Under the pieces are notes generated by a model. It saw only the letters and a program-made list of their open reading frames with translations, had not been told where the DNA came from and searched no databases. From assembly GCF_003334765.1 (NCBI RefSeq), contig NZ_QOWT01000136.1: a DNA stretch of 334 nucleotides; one strand, given 5' to 3'. Below, one piece after another: positions 1 through 334 of the stretch (within the stretch, counting starts at the first letter, position 1; every line of letters begins with the position of its first letter). This DNA comes from Escherichia coli. Its GTDB lineage: Bacteria; Pseudomonadota; Gammaproteobacteria; Enterobacterales; Enterobacteriaceae. The translations under genes were made by a program, and so were the position numbers.

Positions 1-334
1 AGCATTCTTTCCAGGTCGACGAGTCGGTCAGTCTGTTGCCCGGTGATAAGATGAAACCCCCACCGGTCCCACCTCACTAGGTTGTTGTTGACGATAATTT
101 TACTGCCAAATTTGCAGGGGCAATTGGTTTTGTAATTCCAGTTCAGTCCCCTGAAGACGTTGATCACCCCTCGCTCAAACACCTCATCCTTATTCTGGTG
201 TAGTTGTTCAAATGTGCTCAGAATGTTCGCTTCACTGATTTCCGGAAAATTATCGTGCTCCAGTGACCGGTACCATGTATCACGGGCCTGTGCATCCATT
301 AAGGAAAGCATCCCTGAACGTTGCATCAGGTCAC
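1..334 (-). CDS. Partial CDS (internal fragment, both ends outside the window or start unresolved), hypothetical protein of unknown function. In-frame codons occupy + coordinates 3-332. Translation (N->C): DLMQRSGMLSLMDAQARDTWYRSLEHDNFPEISEANILSTFEQLHQNKDEVFERGVINVFRGLNWNYKTNCPCKFGSKIIVNNNLVRWDRWGFHLITGQQTDRLVDLERM
   Basis: Seen in sequence: manual six-frame translation gives one frame on the reverse complement that is open for all 110 codons across the window. Both other minus-strand frames have stops within the first 60 nt, and + frames 1, 2 and 3 have stops at 52-54 and 133-135, 44-46, and 78-80 respectively. A 110-codon stop-free run at about 48% GC is unlikely by chance (rough estimate well under 1%). 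Codon choice and composition look like a real protein, with a mix of charged, aromatic and hydrophobic residues and no low-complexity runs apart from NNN. Product is unassigned: I see no catalytic motif I can name with confidence (no Walker A, no clear PD-(D/E)xK, no SAM-binding or DPPY-type methyltransferase motif in this fragment). Confidence 0.8.

Noticed and set aside
51-80. Short + strand ORF from ATG at 51-53 (MKPPPVPPH, stop at 78-80).
   Set aside because: Only 9 codons, no RBS, and it overlaps the main minus-strand CDS. Considered noise.
81-90. Trinucleotide run GTTGTTGTTG ((GTT)3, which is (AAC)3 on the coding strand, encoding Asn-Asn-Asn).
   Set aside because: Only three units, which is too short to be a slipped-strand phase-variation tract, and it lies in frame inside the CDS. 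Most likely just an Asn triplet.
115-153. Inverted repeat CAGGGG (115-120) / CCCCTG (148-153) that could form a 6-bp stem.
   Set aside because: The stem is only 6 bp with a 27-nt loop, no extension of pairing on either side and no following T-tract. It sits inside the coding region, so it is not a credible terminator or regulatory hairpin.
292-327. Three copies of GCATC (+ 292-296, 308-312, 323-327) spaced about 15-16 bp apart, plus several 6-bp palindromes (GTCGAC 15-20, ACCGGT 62-67 and 266-271, CAATTG 121-126, TGATCA 161-166, TCCGGA 241-246, GGTACC 269-274).
   Set aside because: The GCATC copies are the reverse complement of the ATG/GAT-GC codons around the clustered Met residues, so coding explains them. 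About five 6-bp palindromes are expected by chance in 334 bp, so the seven seen are not remarkable and there is no evidence for a regulatory or restriction-related role.
136-333. Antisense open frame on the + strand (frame 1, 66 codons with no stop, internal ATG at 223-225).
   Set aside because: It is shorter than and fully nested in the opposite strand of the 110-codon ORF, has no ATG with an RBS at its 5' end, and its translation is Ser/Cys-rich and low in complexity, as expected for the shadow of a real gene on the other strand. Treated as a spurious antisense ORF.

Overview
The whole 334-bp window sits inside one uninterrupted open reading frame on the minus strand (110 codons, no start-with-RBS or stop visible, so partial at both ends). 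I cannot assign its 110-aa translation to a named protein family from memory, so I call it a hypothetical protein. No rRNA, tRNA, CRISPR array, mobile-element terminus, promoter or terminator can be supported from this sequence. GC content is about 48% by hand count. The only mildly notable points are a bias toward Arg codons that are rare in E. coli-type genomes, a cluster of three in-frame ATGs at the 5' end of the ORF, and a Trp/Cys-containing segment that may be a functional motif. No multi-gene system can be seen or claimed in a 334-bp fragment of one gene; a homology search of the translation is the decisive next step.
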